A DNA stretch of 64,000 nt. Source: Candidatus Jorgensenbacteria bacterium GW2011_GWB1_50_10. Lineage in GTDB: Bacteria > Patescibacteriota > Minisyncoccia > UBA6257 > GWB1-50-10. Shown here in pieces: positions 63,986 through 64,000 of the stretch. The position numbers and the translations under genes were made by a program. The notes under the pieces are model-generated. The model ran no database searches. It saw only the letters and a program-made list of their open reading frames with translations, and had not been told where the DNA came from. The stretch spans positions 166,928 to 230,927 of the forward strand of contig LCQK01000001.1 in the NCBI GenBank assembly GCA_001004105.1, given 5' to 3'. Each line of letters begins with the position of its first letter. The stretch's first letter is position 1.

Positions 63986-64000
63986 TCTTTTGAATTATCC

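Overview
This 64-kb window is a gene-dense, mostly plus-strand housekeeping segment from a small-genome bacterium. The gene content and protein architectures are consistent with a Candidate Phyla Radiation / Parcubacteria-like organism. GC is about 50% overall, with AT-rich spacers and a few GC-rich islets. The standard genetic code applies, since TGA is used as stop. Recognisable genes include class II ribonucleotide reductase (nrdJ), a MacA/MacB-like efflux operon, msrB, an extracytoplasmic thiol-disulfide cluster (DUF1573, CcdA-like, thioredoxin-like) and a copper/sulfur-redox membrane cluster (DUF2892, YHS, DoxX, DsrE, Met-rich periplasmic protein, CopB-type Cu-ATPase). Further along are sodA, mgtC, parA/parB, relA/spoT, groES/groEL, lemA, htpX, dnaG-rpoD, alaS, tsaC and a ribosomal cluster (infA-rpmJ-rpsM-rpsK-rpsD-rpoA-rplQ-rplM-rpsI). 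The window ends with murA, mreB, holB, frr, rseP, a VirD4/TraD-like ATPase, efp, a split comEC, aspS and ndk. RNA genes are tRNA-Asn(GTT), tRNA-Lys(TTT), tRNA-Leu(CAA) and tRNA-Ser(GGA). There is also a candidate structured ncRNA of about 400 nt upstream of groES. There is no CRISPR array, rRNA or obvious transposase.

The most unusual content is a set of short dispersed elements:
- A 20-nt perfect palindrome, CCTGCCTGCCGGCAGGCAGG, is present in 7 copies. Four copies sit in-frame inside conserved proteins (MsrB, ParB, RpoA, EF-P), where they encode LPAGRQ-like insertions. Three copies are intergenic, two of them abutting tRNA genes.
- Two copies of a roughly 185-nt multi-hairpin element have conserved cores and compensatory variable stems.
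- A family of CCCATATGGG-centred palindromes lies downstream of the competence genes and flanks a GC-rich orphan gene.
- Several GC-rich orphan small-protein genes share motifs and have their own consensus promoters.
- tRNA 3'-end partial duplications occur next to tRNA-Asn and tRNA-Lys.
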